Source: Laetmonice hystrix (Eukaryota). Taken from it: a stretch of DNA of 64,000 nucleotides. The notes under the pieces are model-generated. The model did no database searches and was not told the DNA's origin. It was given only the letters and a program-made list of their open reading frames with translations. Below, one piece after another: positions 27,236 to 41,690 of this stretch; the stretch's first letter is position 1; every line of letters starts with the position of its first letter. The DNA lies in contig OZ249436.1 of NCBI GenBank assembly GCA_965235115.1, positions 49,416,001 to 49,480,000 of the forward strand, read 5' to 3'. A program made the position numbers and the translations under genes.

Positions 27236-27738
27236 TCTCCCCTTGGGGTAGGAATATAACCTGGCCAAGAGAGGGGTCTTCCCTTGGGGCAGGACTATAA
27301 CCTGGCCGAGAGAGGGGTCTTCCCTTGGGGCAGGACTATAACCTGGCCAAGAGAGGGGTCTTCCCTTGGGGCAGGAATATAACCTGGCCAAGAGAGGGGT
27401 CTTCCCTTGGGGCAGGACTATAACCTGGCCGAGAGAGGGGTCTTTCCTTGGGGTAGGAATATAACCTGGCCAAGAGAGGGGTCTTCCCTTGGGGCAGGAC
27501 TATAACCTGGCCAAGAGAGGGGTCTTCCCTTGGGGTATGAATATAACCTGGCCAAGAGAGAGTTCTTCCCTTGGGGTAGGAATATAATCTGGCCAAGAGA
27601 GGGAAAGGTCCCTTGGGGCAGGACTATACCCTGGCCAAGAGGGGGGGGGGGGGTCTTCCCTTGGGGTAGACATATAACCTGGCTAAGAGAGGGGGTCTTC
27701 CCTTGGGGTAGGACTATACCCTGGCCGAGAGAGGGGGT
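27236..27738. repeat. 41-bp minisatellite, about 12 copies
   Basis: Unit tcttcccttggggcaggactataacctggccaagagagggg. Confidence 0.93.
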
Positions 27739-30700
27739 CGTGGAACCGTTAGTAACTGCAAGAGGTGTTGATTTCGTGGTCTTTTTCTCTCGGGGGGGGG
27801 GGCACGATCACCCCTCCATAACATCATCTAGGTTGTCAGAATATATGTGATTGGACCTAAAACGATCTTTGAGGTAGAACACTAGGCCGATGGTAAGCCA
27901 AAATGACACGCCCGAGAAAAAGACCATTAAGGCCTCATGGCCTCATTTCGATGTACGTGAACTAAGAAACCTAATGAATTGCAAATCTGATCTAAGACCA
28001 GCAGACCGATTTCAAAGAATGAGCACGCGTACTGCCGTTAAGATGTAGCAACTGTTTTCGATTTGAATCAGAAAGACTAATATTTGCAGTGAATTGTAAT
28101 ACACGGTTCAGACAAGAGTAAAATCCATCCTATCAAAACCCAATTACCGGTGTAAGGCGAGTTCCGACCAGTGTCAACATTCCCTAAATGACGTCGCTTT
28201 TTCTCATCGCCTCGTGACGTGTACGAGACGCGGATTGGAGCAGATAGCGTTCCTGTCGGCACCGGAAACACCGGCTCCCACCACTTCCGGCGTGGTCCGT
28301 CTGCCGTCTCACGATAGGCGGCGCTGCACGACTACAGCAATTATGTGTCCCGTTCCATAAAGGCAACGTGTATCTCTGGTGGAAATTACTCACGACGCAT
28401 TAGCCAGGCTGAATGTTTGCGACCATGCCGTTCTTAAAGGTTAAAAATGCTCACGTTTGTGGATTATGTGATATCGAAAGCAAATTGTGAAGCTCCGAGA
28501 TCAGGGAGACTTTAAATAAAGTAGGAGATTTTCTTTATTGTAAATGTAGTACATGATTGTTCACACGACATAACAAAACGTTGGAAGTCTTTGTGATTGT
28601 AGTGAAGAGGTATGGCGAAGATTACTCAAACTAATTCTGATAACATACAAACACGCAAAAAACTATAGACTGGGCTACTGAGAAGCATATGTAGGCCTTT
28701 TTATTCCTTTTTTCAACAGTTATATCTGTATATTATTATTATTATTATTATTAATACGTATGTTTGACCTACAAGAGAATGGCACAATATTCCGGGAGTT
28801 ATGTTTTTATGAATATCAAATTTAATTTTTTTAAGAAATACCATAAAGCGATTATTTTCAGGAGTCGTTCTGCTGGGTTGATCATTCTGCTGGGTTGATC
28901 ATTAATTCATTAACCTTTATCCTCGGGAAATATTGGTCGTATGAATAATGTTTGATTCGGAGATAGAGGGTTGCCTAATGGTGTGAAGTAGAACGTGGTC
29001 AGGCGGAAGACAATGGGAGCCGGTTAGGATGCCCTGTTTCACGGGAATAACCTCCACCAAACTCACCAAGGACGAATACATTATGGCTGTGTTGAATTGA
29101 GGACGAACAGTTCTCTGGCTGGTCGGAACCTCTGAATATGTATCGACAAATCGTGGCTGCTAATATAAGTAGATGCTACTTTTTTTAGCGCGTCCCCCCG
29201 TATCGGGTAGGTGCTTTGTGATTCTGGCTGGAAAAGAGGAGGCATCAATAACTGTTAATTGGCATTGGCATTTACGTTGGCTGTGAATGGCAATGACGTA
29301 TGTATGCATCTAAAACGACGACGGTTAAATGTGTCGTCCTTCTTTAGAAGATGTTTGAGCCGCTGATGTTAAAAGAGTTGCGCAGGCGCACCAGCCGTCT
29401 CGTCAATACAGGGTCGACCCCCTCGGTACAGTTCCTACGGCGTTCTGGTTTCCGTAGGCGGCTAACACCAGTCGGTGGCAAATTACATCTCTCACTCTCC
29501 TGACCTCGGCGTCCCCGAGGGAGCATGGGCAATGACAAAGACGTGCGCGTTTTGCTGCAGAATTCTGCCTGTGAGTTGCGATCGATGAGCGTTATTAAGA
29601 AAGCCGTGATAGTTAGCGGCGCTGCGTCTATCTATCACCCTAGCTGTCGATAACACGACTCATAGCGCCCGAACAAACTGAACGGACCGCCGCCTGGGCC
29701 GCTCGGACGGACGCTGAAAAAGTTCGTCTGCTCCGTATTACTGCAAGTAAATCACGGCAGCACGATAACCAGGCCAGTGATTGTTTGGGACTGGTCGAGA
29801 AGCTGCACAGCGACCCCGAGCTCGACCCTTAGCAAGACTTTTATTCTCTCGACTACCAACCTCTCTCTGCTAACTAAACCCGGCCTTCCAGTGTCAGGCA
29901 GGACCCCTTCTGGTTAATGTATTCAGTCTGAGTCTGCCTGGATTACTCTGTTTCATCTGGGCGCATGTTTGACAAATGAAAGGCCGATGAAATCAGTCCC
30001 CGGCGACTACTGTGACGCATACAAAGTGCCTATCTCGATTGAAATCGGCGCGAAAACAAATCAATTGGCAACAAGACGGGCGCGAAAAGGTGGCCGATTC
30101 GGCAGTAAAGATGCCGTGAAAGAATAATACAATCTAATCTGGGAAGAGGGATTTGAGTACAAAATGCCAAACATTTGGTAGCCATGTCGGCAGCTGCCGT
30201 TTTTGCTAATGTTTGCTTACGAACAGGCGCGCTTGGAAAACTGCAAATATTATCCTTTTGTAGCTGAAGTTGTGTCGATTGACAACGCTGAGAAAAAGCT
30301 GGAGTTAGTCCAAGCTTTTGAGTAAAGCCTTTGTTCCTCTCTGTCCACCGTTTCCTCTGATAACACGTCAACCAGAAATTGGCCTTAGTAGTGGGCTTTT
30401 TCAACTCTAAGATGTGTTGCCACTGGTTTCCAGGAATAATGTTTAAACATTCTATATAAACAATAGCGGTTGTAAAAAGCTCTAACAGACGCCTTCTTTC
30501 TCATATGACCAATAGAAAAAGGCTCGCTCCTTGATGTTATCGTGTTAGGAGAGTCTGAGGACAGGATAAGTTTCATTAAACCCAGCTAAATGTTGCTGCG
30601 AGTGGATAATTGCCATAATTATGTTATACTCGTTGTTTGGTATACGGCGCCCGCCTCCCTGGGTCCGGACTGCACGCCCATCGTTCCTCGTGTTATCGTT

Positions 30701-33700
30701 AACTGTGTTTCGCTATAAGAACATTGACGGGGGTGTTCTAGATACATCAGTCGTATTCACGGTGAGTGGTGTCCTCAGGTGGGTTGGTTCCCACCATTGT
30801 ACTCACTCACCTGGACTGGAGCACCCCCGCCCCCCCCCCACCCCCTCCCCTGTTTTTTTTTCTAGAATCCAATGTCTGCGGCCTTCCATGTGGGAGCAAG
30901 GAGTGTACGCCCTATACAACCTTACTGTCGTCACATTTATGTCATCTAGATATTACAATAGATAAATAAGTAAGATTTATCTCCCCCAGGGGGAAATGGG
31001 ATTTTGAAATTACTGGGTTTCGTCCATTCTTCTTAAGATTATTCCTGTAGTTAGACTGTAGTAAGATATAGGTATAACAGGAGGCATTGTTTGTGTAGCT
31101 GGACCTAACACTGCAATAAGTGCCGTCATAGTCCAAGTGTCCATGAAGGAGGCTTCCTCAAACACTTCATATATCTATCTTCAATTTATTTCAGTCCTTT
31201 AGTGTCGGTCTATAATAAAATATCCCCCGTGTTTACATGATTTACACCGTCCATGTAAATCATCGTTCCTGACACTCAATCTGGCAGGTTTTTCTCCCAA
31301 AGCACTGGCCAAGCTCTGCATACTTGTAATTAAATCTCTGAAAATTGCGAGGCTTAATCTTAGCGACGCCTAATTGGGTACAGTCCTTTTTTTAACCGCA
31401 GCATCATGCTGACGTTCCAGCTTTCTTCATTTCTTTAAACCAGCTGCATTTGCTTCTACTTCCAGTTTTTTTTTATGCAGCATGCACGAAGTTTCTCTTG
31501 GCCTGGCAATTTGCGGAGTATACATGTAGGCCTACATTCTCGGCAAGTTGGAAATCATTTTGCTGTTTGTCGGCATCGGGAAATGAAAGCTAACGTAATC
31601 GACATAAATACAAATGTCGAATTCGGTTTTCTATGAGAGATAGCTTTACTTCGTGAAAGTTTCAGGTTGGACTTGTATGTTATGTTTCCAGGTCAACTGC
31701 CATAATCTGAGAACGTGACAAAAGACTAAATATTTTTAATTGGAGATCTAATATTAGAGTAACGCCTCAACGTTAATCCCAGGAATCAGATTCTGCCTGT
31801 TTCTATAATAAGACTTACCCTTTCAATGCCGTCGCTTATAGTTGCCTGCTAGTATTTTGCTGTCGTCTGCTTGGTTGATGACGTAATGGGACTTGCGGGT
31901 GCCTAGCAATATTACATTGCCGAATGATCAAGGGAAGCGTTTGCCACAGAAATGTACAACACGTGCCTTCAGGCCTGTATAAATGAGTCTGATTCATTTT
32001 AATGGACTGTTTACTCTTAATCAGATTGTTCATCACACAATTATGAAACATCTCGTGCGGCCGCGTGCGAGGCAATGGACGCACAGAGTATCAGCATAAC
32101 AATTTGCATCGTTCGTGGGCCGTGGCAGTAGAGCCCCCGATGACAATAGCCTCATTGCTTTGTAAAACGTTGGCCATGAATTGGGGGGTAGCACCATCGC
32201 TAACGGTGATGAATAATCTAATTATGGGTGATAATGTCAGACTGGGATATCAAACATGTAGCCGGGATGTCCCTATGCAAATGTAATTCTTGTCCACGAG
32301 CCCTGAACGCTTGGCCGTGTCCTCACACCCAGCCCACCGCCAGATGGCGTTCTGTGACGTTTCATTGATCTGGCCCCCTCAATCTGGACGTCAAGCGCCA
32401 AGATTAGAACGGATAAAACGATAGTTTCTCTGAAGCAAACAAAAGGGCCTAGATTATCTTAATCAAGTCGCTGTCTATTCTAGCCTAATTACGATGTCCA
32501 CTGCAGCTGGGTTGTCACGCATTGCGTGTGACGTCCCAGTTAGATGTATCTGTTTGATGTGCGCCGTGACAGAGAACAGAGCAGCCGTAACATTATTACA
32601 TGTGTAGTAACTGGCACATGGGCCTGATATATATTCTACACTTGGACCTCGATTCGCCGTGATCCAGATCCCTGACTAATCATAAACCATTTATATAAAA
32701 GCTGACATCACCACACACCCAGCATCCCCCAAAGGTATAACCAGCTATTTATAACCGGTACTGGATTCTCTGTCGGCAGACTCAACGCCTAGCTTTCAAG
32801 TTTCGCCGTGCAAAGCGGCAGAAAGTAGCTCGGGCGTTGGTCATTATAACTTTTTTCCAACGCCTTGTGCTAGGTTCACCGTGAGGCGGGAATCCAATCT
32901 GATTCACGGAGGATGCGCAGTAGAGTGTGGTCGCCTGTCGACGTCGCCAAATTGGAGCCTTGGCGTGTTCACTTTGAAGTTCGCTAGAGTTCCATGATTA
33001 CGTAGTCTGTCCGTTATTCGGCCGAGTTGAAGGAATGGCCTTCTGGCAGTGGCTTGTCTGAGAAACGGCTGTTATTGTCATATGAGTAACAAACAGCTCG
33101 GCCTCTGCCATCATCTAGATTATGACATGTGGTATTAAAATGACAGTGATTTATGGCGCCAGAGACAGCCGAGGCTTGCCGAGCGGCGGCCTCTAGCGTC
33201 ATGTCGGCACAGATCTTCACCAAAGTATCAAAGAAAAAAAACGTATGCACCTAAAACATGTTGACAGATGATGCTAATTTGGTGTCATGGATCTCTTGGC
33301 TTATATCTACTGCATGCCAGTCTCATACGTATACGTCATATTCTACTCTAAAGGGATTTCCCCCCATGCAGCTCGTGTAATAGAATAAGTATGGGTGATG
33401 GTATGTTGCAGAGACAGGCGTAGAAATAATCTCGTCCCAGTTCTTGTCGTTGTGTTTGGCTCGATGCTCCCGCTGAGAACCTGTCTAATATTTTATATTT
33501 TCTCCTCTCGTCGCCTTGTATTGGACTCTGACTGCCACATCCCTAATGAAGTCTGTAATACTAGCAGCGCTTCGCCGCTATATTTAGCATCATTACACTC
33601 ACATTGCGACAGACAGGTCGGACCCATGGCAGTGGCATTTACCAGAAAAGTTCATTCGTCGGGAGAACGCCTCGTCAGCGAACGGACATTATTCACATTC

Positions 33701-36700
33701 GGGTCAGAGTTTCTAAATGTTGTTTTTATGTTTTGTTGCCAATCATAATGGGAATCAATTTCAATTTCCTGGTCGGGGAGAGTTGTTTGAGTCGAAAAAG
33801 CTGACGCCAGGGTGAGTTGAAAGGGGTTACTTTGCAAAGGTTATGCCAATTCCTTTTGTTGTGGGAGATGAAGTTTGGAAAATTTGTTGTTTACAAATAA
33901 AATTGATAGAAAGGTCTCAAAAATGTAAAAAAATACCCCGATATGATTAATAAAAGGGTGCATCTGTGCTGTTAATGAAATCAAATTGATGCCACACTAT
34001 ATGACATACAATGTCGTAAGTCCGCATACGTCAGGATTCAATGAATCATTCTCTACCTTCAGTACCAGAAACTTGACCCAATAGCCTCTCTGACTGGTTC
34101 AGAAATTCAGATCCTCCGTCCGGAATGTATGTTTTATCTGACACGTACAATGGGTTATTATAAATCACTACTATTCAACAATTGCATTCATTACTCCTGT
34201 CATTATCAAGTTATTTATTTGTACTCAGTCCATCTGTAGCTTACTTGACATGCTAATTTATTCTGAGTCATAATTTTAACATACATGCATAACAGACAAC
34301 TCTTCCATCCGTCCATACCGCGGGATTTACCGTTTTAACCCATTGCGTTCCTTGAACTGAACTTCAGTTTTTAGTTTCATCCCATTTTAACACATGCAAG
34401 ACAAGAAATTTTTTATTTATTTATTTACCTCGGTTCTTCCTCTTCTTCTTCTGCCTTCTTCATTCCTCGCCTTCGTTCAGGATGCACGGGCAAAAAGTTG
34501 AGCTTTCTATATAGCTTCGTAGATTAAGTCTACCGGTAGCAAAGGTGGCAACTTGCCCCTGTCTTTCGTCAGTACACAAGGCATGGGATGGACAGCATGT
34601 GTTTCCAGACGTCGATATTGCTGGACTCTCCATGTCGTGTGGAAGAACATGTAGAGGTTTTCAGCAGAGCTCGATTAACCCTTGACGCCCCGGGCTAGTC
34701 CCCGCAGACCGGAACAACTCTACAGTAAAAGACTAGTACTTTATACCCGCCACTCGCAAACTTGGGGCAATTACGACCGGTGAAAATCATATTTGGCACC
34801 GCCTCTTTTTGCCGGGCCTTCGGTGCTGGCGGGGGGATTGTCGAATGGAAATTGGGCGAAATTGGAGATTATGACATTAGATTGGGGGTTGTGCATGTGC
34901 CGCCGGCGTGGTGAACGTTGTGGAAGTCGGCGAACGTAAATATTAGCTGAACAAGCGACAAATATTTTTTCGCCCTCATATTCTAGATTTCGCTACCCGG
35001 GTGTGCTAGGCAGACGAGCCCAAATATCAGGAGACAGCAGTTCACACAAAGCAAGGAGAGGGTCCCTGCTAGACTTGCTCACCACACCCATGACTCTGTC
35101 CAAGGATGCCCCCACCCCCTTCCACCCATTGCTATGGTAGCGGCTCTGGCTCAGATTCTGCCACACTTTGTACGGCGTATTCACTTTTTCCTCTGAATTT
35201 CCTCTGAAACATCGAAGAAAATACATGGCGTTCTGCGAAACCTATACATCACGTTGCACTTTTGGCTACATGTTTAATGCGATAAATGTATTTGTTAGAT
35301 TTAGAAACCTTTATTTTTCAAGTTCTCTTTAGGCTTTATTTGCCCCCCCCCCCCCCAATCAGGGAGTTTACTGGCGCGTTGCGTGAACGCCAAGTGTTGC
35401 CTGTCGACGCAGACGTGCGTCCCTCTTGGCGGTCTAATTTCACTGGTCAGTGCGTCCAGCAGCAGACGCTCGTGATGCGCCATGTTTGCGTTCACTAGTC
35501 GGGGGATTTTTCCCAGCTACAAATCACATCAACGTCCACGTGAAATATTGCGGAGCACTTCCCCCTAGCAGGACGGAAGTCAGGGACATAATAACTTCCT
35601 GTATGCACTGAAGGGCACGTAAATATTGGGGACACGCGAGGCGTGATTCGGCCACTTTGGCCTTCATGTTGAGGGGAAAGGATCTTGGTCGGTAACAGTA
35701 TTGTTGTATTCACCATCATACCCCGACATGCGTCGGACTGAGGACGGTCCCTTATTCAGGACACGAAGACCATGAATGCGGAGTCGTTGACCAGTGACTT
35801 TCTCCGATTTCTGTATAACAGGGAACGTGTAAAGTTTTCTGTGGGCGTGCCTTCCTTGAATAGCTTTTCTGGCAAAGAGTGGCGTCTGCAAATGAGCCAC
35901 AAAAAGATGGTTGGCTATGCGTAGACACCTCCACTTCGGTCGTTGAATCCACAAGGGACTCCACATGTATCGAAGGGAATTCTACCGTAGAGATAACTCC
36001 ACTGGGAGAATTAATATCTATAGGAGAACATTCCTATTGGAGGAAGATCTACAAATGTCACCGGAGATTCATGCTGCGCCTGTCTTTTATTCCTTGATGT
36101 ACGAAGTGGGGGCTAGCACATAAAGTGGTCACTTCCATGATTTTAATGTCTCCCTGTATGGTACACAGGCGTGAATCATGTTATCATTTACATATGAAAG
36201 GAAATCGTTATTCAAATAGTGCATTGGCGTCTGCTATAGAACAATATTATGGTGTTATAAATGTATTTATTACTCAGGGCAAAAGGGCTTCCGGTCTAAG
36301 GAGGTGCCCGATCTGGACGTGGCGGCGGTACCAGTTCAGGAAGGACTAATCCAATTGGAACATCCCCCAGCCCCTGTTTGACATGGGCCTGGTTTAGGTC
36401 GTGATTAGATAACAGTCACTCTGTTCCAGTTGATGGTTCTATGATTTACTTCATCCATAGAGTGATCTAAAGTGAACCATGGGGGCCTCAGAGCCAATAG
36501 ACTACTATAATGTCTGAGATATGCCGGGAGAACTCTCGTATTATTATAGATAGTGATCAGGTTTACGTTTAGTCAGAGGCCCAAGCCAGAGATATAATGC
36601 TGACATATTACAAGTGAGTAATACCACTAAATCTAGAGTTAGACAAACACCTCATTGCCTGTTTTTCTCCTTCTCTTTATTCTTTCGTTCTTTGAACTGT

Positions 36701-38561
36701 AGGTCTACAGGATTGCATGCTAGAATCGGCCTTCCCAATGTTTTTCATGAGCGTGTTGATGAAGTGCAGGGTCAGAAAACGTCAACCTAAACTAGACAAG
36801 GAATCGTGGGGTCTGCCCGCCAACAGTCCTGACCAGGAAGGGGGAAGGCAGGGGGAAATAATCGATCGACCCCCACGCCCATCTGGGCAATATCCTTCAC
36901 AAGGGCAGAAATTATGCTTGACAAATGTCTAAAATTACCCCCCGATGTCTGACGTGGAAGTCTGCCCTTTGCGAGCCTAACCTGGCAGGCAGGCTTGTTA
37001 GGCTGATTGGCCAATCATTGTGGAATGTTGAAGTGGTGCTACACCGGATGGGTTAATACGACTGAGTAAGAAAGATACATAAAGAACATGGGCAAATACA
37101 TTAACTTATCCCTGCACTGACCTTGAGTTGGATAATATTGTATTGAAAATCTGTATAATCTATAGTAGTTCTCACCACACTGGTTAATTGTACAGAAGGT
37201 AGAGTAGCAAATATAAGGTTATAATCATCACACATTTCAAACTGCGTTATCAGCAAAATAAGAATTCACGTTTAGAGAATTAATTGCATTGCTTTCATTT
37301 TAAAAGTGGAAAATATTATAATTATTCTATTTACACTGTCTGAAAGTGGTGTGGGATTTCCGTGATTTTGAATTAAAAAAAAACATATTAGATAAGTTCA
37401 GTTATAAATACCCCCACGCGTTGGGCGATGGTAGACTCTTGCCATCATTGGCACTGAAATTCTCCTGCCGGCTTCTCCTCGCTGGTGGCGCCACCTATAT
37501 TTCACTTCAGTCTCTATTTGAACAAACAGGATCCATTCAAAGAGGGCCACCTGCCGAGGGACGGGGGAACTACTCGGAAGTGTTGTCGCGTGCCGTAACC
37601 GTATGAACGCTGGTAGATTGCGTCGACATGAGGCACCCCGATGTCAATGTCACCAAGGGCACTGCCGACCATTGAATGGAACCTTGTGACTCAGTTGTAA
37701 TGGTTTGAACCCGGTAGGCGTGACAGAAACGCCAACCCACACGAAACGCTGCGCTTCCATTTCCGTTTTTAATCACAAACGACACGCAGTTCCTATTCGC
37801 GTAGCGTTTCCGTTGTCTGAGAGTTTCATGGTTCAGCCCTTGACGTTTTTGTCGTCGCCTGGCGACGTAATTGGTTCCCAGAAGTTCGTATGCTTCTCAT
37901 TTATAAGGAATAAATATTGGACATGACAGAGTAGAGTAGGTTGAGTTGTCGAGGGAACCAGCAGCCGAGAGGTGACAAGTAAACACAAGGGACGTGAAAG
38001 TGACCTTGGAGGGCGCCCTCTATGTCCATTCAAGGAATGTAAAAACCCGTTCTGTTAACTCTTAGGACCATCGGAAACTAAAACTAGTAATGACACCGCT
38101 GGGTACTCCAACTACGCCCTTTACTCATATCTCCTCTAAAAACAATGCTGAGATTTGAAAAACGACTCTCAAATGGGAAAAATGGACCGAAAATAAAGTA
38201 GAACACAGGCTACAGGTAGATCTATAGGCTACACCAATATATAGGTCTACTAATGCCACTTTTTAAGGGTCCCTTTTTTTTAGCAATGATTGGCAATGTG
38301 TCCTGACGTGATTAACATCTGACACAGATACAGATTTCTATTTCTCCACACCCTTGTCTCACTCCCCATTGTTCTATCGCCACTCTTTCCAAGTATCATT
38401 TGACCTCGATTTTTTTGGGTCCGATTTCGTTGTTTTGTTGCACGTGTTTTGTACTTAGCCGCTTAGTGGTGGCGATTTTGGTTTTCTCTCGCTAGGTGTA
38501 GTGGCAGAAAGGAAACAGACGATTCCCTCCATCCACGTAAACCCTGGATATTAGTAGAACA

Positions 38562-38624
38562 ATGAGGATTTATCTACAAATAACTCGCCGGTTTACCTGC
38601 TATTGTAAGATATACCACCACCAG
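38562..38624 (+). CDS. ChAT: Candidate alternative ChAT N-terminal exon (MRIYLQITRRFTCYCKIYHHQ); exon spans 38496-38624
   Basis: Strong acceptor gattttggttttctctcgctag|; ATG with A at -3; 21 codons ending at phase-0 donor CAG|GTAAAT, in frame with KPLPKLPVP. Confidence 0.55.
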
Positions 38625-39392
38625 GTAAATACTACCACGCATTATGTTGACGCACGAATACCTTATGTTACTGTTGTTTATCCCTTCCAACTGTATGCAT
38701 CATTACCTAACCATCTTCTTTTATCTACGTATCTTTCTTAAAACGATTCCTAGTTTTTCATGATCATGTAATATTATACAAAGTTAGTAGTATTGTGCCT
38801 GTTTCTGTGTATACTGACGTGCATGTATTGGTATGATAACAAATATATGAGATCTAATTTGTCTCGACAACATGACATCATATGTAAATCATATAGCCAG
38901 TTTTAACAGTCATAGAACAGAAATAAATTATTTGTTTTATCCTGAGGCTCACCACCGTCTGACGTGTCAGCTCTGATAAAAAAAAACATTTTGATCTAGG
39001 TCCTCTCTCATTCCATGTCAGAATGTTATGTAAAGAAGGATAGTAAAGTTCTCGGTGATCTAGGTCCTCTCTCATTCTATGTCAGAATGTTATGAAAAGA
39101 AAATGTTTTAATAATATTTCGATTGTCTCTGCACAGTTGGCGTTCTTCTTCCCCTAACGCCTACATCCAATACGCCTACATTCCCCCTTCTATGTATATA
39201 CATTTTTCCTATCCATATAGAATTGGTATTATATTACTGCCCGACTGCAGTAGCCTTAGGCCTATAACAGAGAGGTGGCAACATTTTAAGCGATATCTGG
39301 TCGAGTCTCAAGTATACTCAATAATGTCTGGAGAAAATATCAACGTACTCGTTCCTCTTAAAATATGTCACATCTTACTTGATGTCATACAG

Positions 39393-39587
39393 AAACCGTT
39401 ACCGAAACTACCGGTACCGGACTTCCACCTAACACTCGACCGGTACATGAAGGCTATCAAACCAGTGGTGTCTGAGGAACAGTATGATACAACCAATCGG
39501 CTTGTCAAGGAGTTTGCCAAGCCTGGGGGTGAGGGCGAGTATCTGCAATCCAAGTTAAAGGAATTCGCTGAAACCACGGAAAATTGG
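39393..39587 (+). CDS. ChAT: ChAT exon (KPLPKLPVPDFHLTLDRY...ENW)
   Basis: LPKLPVP signature of choline/carnitine acyltransferases; AG acceptor and GTGAGT donor; phase 0/0. Confidence 0.95.
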
Positions 39588-39816
39588 GTGAGTGTCATAG
39601 AATAAACAAGTCATTGACTCACGCAGGCAAAACGTTATAGTTTTCGACGCAGTATTATCCAGTTTGGTACTTGAGCTAGCGATCGAGAGACAGAACATAA
39701 TTGTATCACATATATGTACGATATCGTGACGTCACAGTTATTTAAGTCGGTGACGTCATGATGCCCTCTAAATTTAATATGATATATATGTTACGACGAA
39801 ATGCCACTGTCTTCAG

Positions 39817-39935
39817 GTGACCCAGTTCTGGCTTGATGACATGTATATGAAGGCCCGTCTTCCTCTACCAATCAATTCAAATGTTGGTATGGTGTTTCCA
39901 AGACAACACTTTCCCGACCAGGATGCACAACTCAG
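39817..39935 (+). CDS. ChAT: ChAT exon (VTQFWLDDMYMKARLPLPINSN...)
   Basis: WL..MY..R.PLPINSN motif; cttcag| acceptor, |gtttgc donor; phase 0/2. Confidence 0.93.
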
Positions 39936-40157
39936 GTTTGCCTTTAATTCATTCCAAAACAACTATGAAAAACTTTGCTTATTGGTAAAACAGTATAATC
40001 TTATATGGATCAACCTCACTGACTACAACTTGGGAGTGGGCGTAACGTAGAAACCTAGAAACCTTATCAAAGAACCCCAATTAAGTAGCGCCAAAACGCT
40101 GACCGCCTCTGCAATATATACAATAAAGACCTATAATTTTTCTGTTTCCCAACCAAG

Positions 40158-40211
40158 GTTCGCTGCCCGTCTCATATCGGGAATTCTGGACTATAAAACG
40201 ATCATTGACTC
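40158..40211 (+). CDS. ChAT: ChAT exon (FAARLISGILDYKTIID)
   Basis: Typical ChAT helix; AG acceptor, GTGAGT donor; phase 2/2. Confidence 0.9.
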
Positions 40212-40412
40212 GTGAGTATAAAACCTTTGGTCTCATTGGTCATCTGCGGAGTGACTGGCCTATAATTATATTATTGTTTCAAAAGGAATCCGACAATAAA
40301 GTGCTAATGTTTATCGAGAGTGTTAACCACCTGAGATTAAGGTCAGTAATGAGAGAGAATCAATTGTTTGAAGATAACGTGTCTGATGTGCGCTTCCACA
40401 TGCCCGATCCAG

Positions 40413-40608
40413 GAAATCTCTACCCGTCGACCGTGCCAGATCTAGAGAGAAAGGACAACCCATGTGTATGGCTCAGTACTATCGTCTCTTCTCATCGTAT
40501 CGAGTGCCTGGGATTCAGAAAGACTGCCTCGTCATCTCCGGAGGAAACGATAAGAGTGCAAACATCATGCCCGAACCTGAACATCTCATAGTGGCATGCA
40601 AGAACCAG
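40413..40608 (+). CDS. ChAT: ChAT exon ([33 protein letters not shown]...[10 protein letters not shown])
   Basis: [17 protein letters not shown] motif; phase 2/0. Confidence 0.95.
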
Positions 40609-40787
40609 GTATAAACAACGCGTAGATAAATGTAACCACGTAGATTAAGGCATTCAACTTTCACCAGTACAAAAGTGTCCAAGTAATTATTTGTTTCTAT
40701 CAGTAGTTACGGCTATGTTACAGGACTACCCATAATAAAACAATACTTGAGTGTAATTTCTTTTTGTATGCTTCCACTTTTGTGTAG

Positions 40788-40971
40788 TTTTTCGTACTTG
40801 ACGTGGTGGCGAACTTTACACGGTTGAGTGACGACAACCTGTACACACAACTGAAGCGTATCGTTAGGATGGCGAAGGAAGGCGTGGACGAGGGTGGGGT
40901 GGAGAGGGTAGGACTTCTAACAGCAGCAGACCGTGACCGCTGGGCCAAGAACCGTATGAAACTCATGGAAG
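40788..40971 (+). CDS. ChAT: ChAT exon (FFVLDVVANFTRLS...VGLLTAADRDRWA)
   Basis: GLLT...R..WA motif; tgtgtag| acceptor, |gtagat donor; phase 0/1. Confidence 0.93.
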
Positions 40972-41203
40972 GTAGATATCAACAGTGGCACTGAACCACT
41001 CCCCTCCCCCCCCCCCCCCCGCCACAACGTGGTAATGGGTCTAGTAATTCAGGGACTATTTTATGTCTCCTGTATCCCTTAATGACCATGGCTATCTCTC
41101 TGTCTCATGCTCTATGTGTATGATAGTTATCATTAATGACAATAATAGCATTCTTTTATTCTGACATTAATGATGTAAGAAATTGTCCGAAACAAATGAT
41201 GAT

Positions 41204-41354
<151 letters not shown>

Positions 41355-41478
41355 CTTAGCTATACCTGCACGTTAACAGGGTATGACCTCTCGCAGTCTG
41401 GGAGTACCCCTCATGATTTACCCCCACTGACCCGTGAACGCCCTGCCTCAGAATCTCGGTGTTTTCCTTTTCGAGCAG

Positions 41479-41690
41479 ATTCAGTGAACCGTGACAGCCT
41501 CGATCTGATCGAGCGGTGTATTTTTGTACTCTGCCTTGACGATCCCATCCCTCTGTCGTTCAATCATCAAAACTCCATCGATGAGACGGAAATGAACAAA
41601 CGCGACAATGTGTCGATCGCCGCGCAAATGTTACACGGATTGGGACCCAGTGTCAACTCTTGTAACCGCTGGTTCGACAAAACTATGCAG
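41479..41690 (+). CDS. ChAT: ChAT exon (SVNRDSLDLIERCIFVLCLD...NRWFDKTMQ)
   Basis: NRWFDK family signature; phase 1/0. Confidence 0.95.

Noticed and set aside
30714..34544. Other possible ChAT 5' exons (donors at 30761 and 33811; acceptor at 34480)
   Set aside because: Isolated splice-like motifs with no coherent in-phase exon; cannot be supported without transcripts
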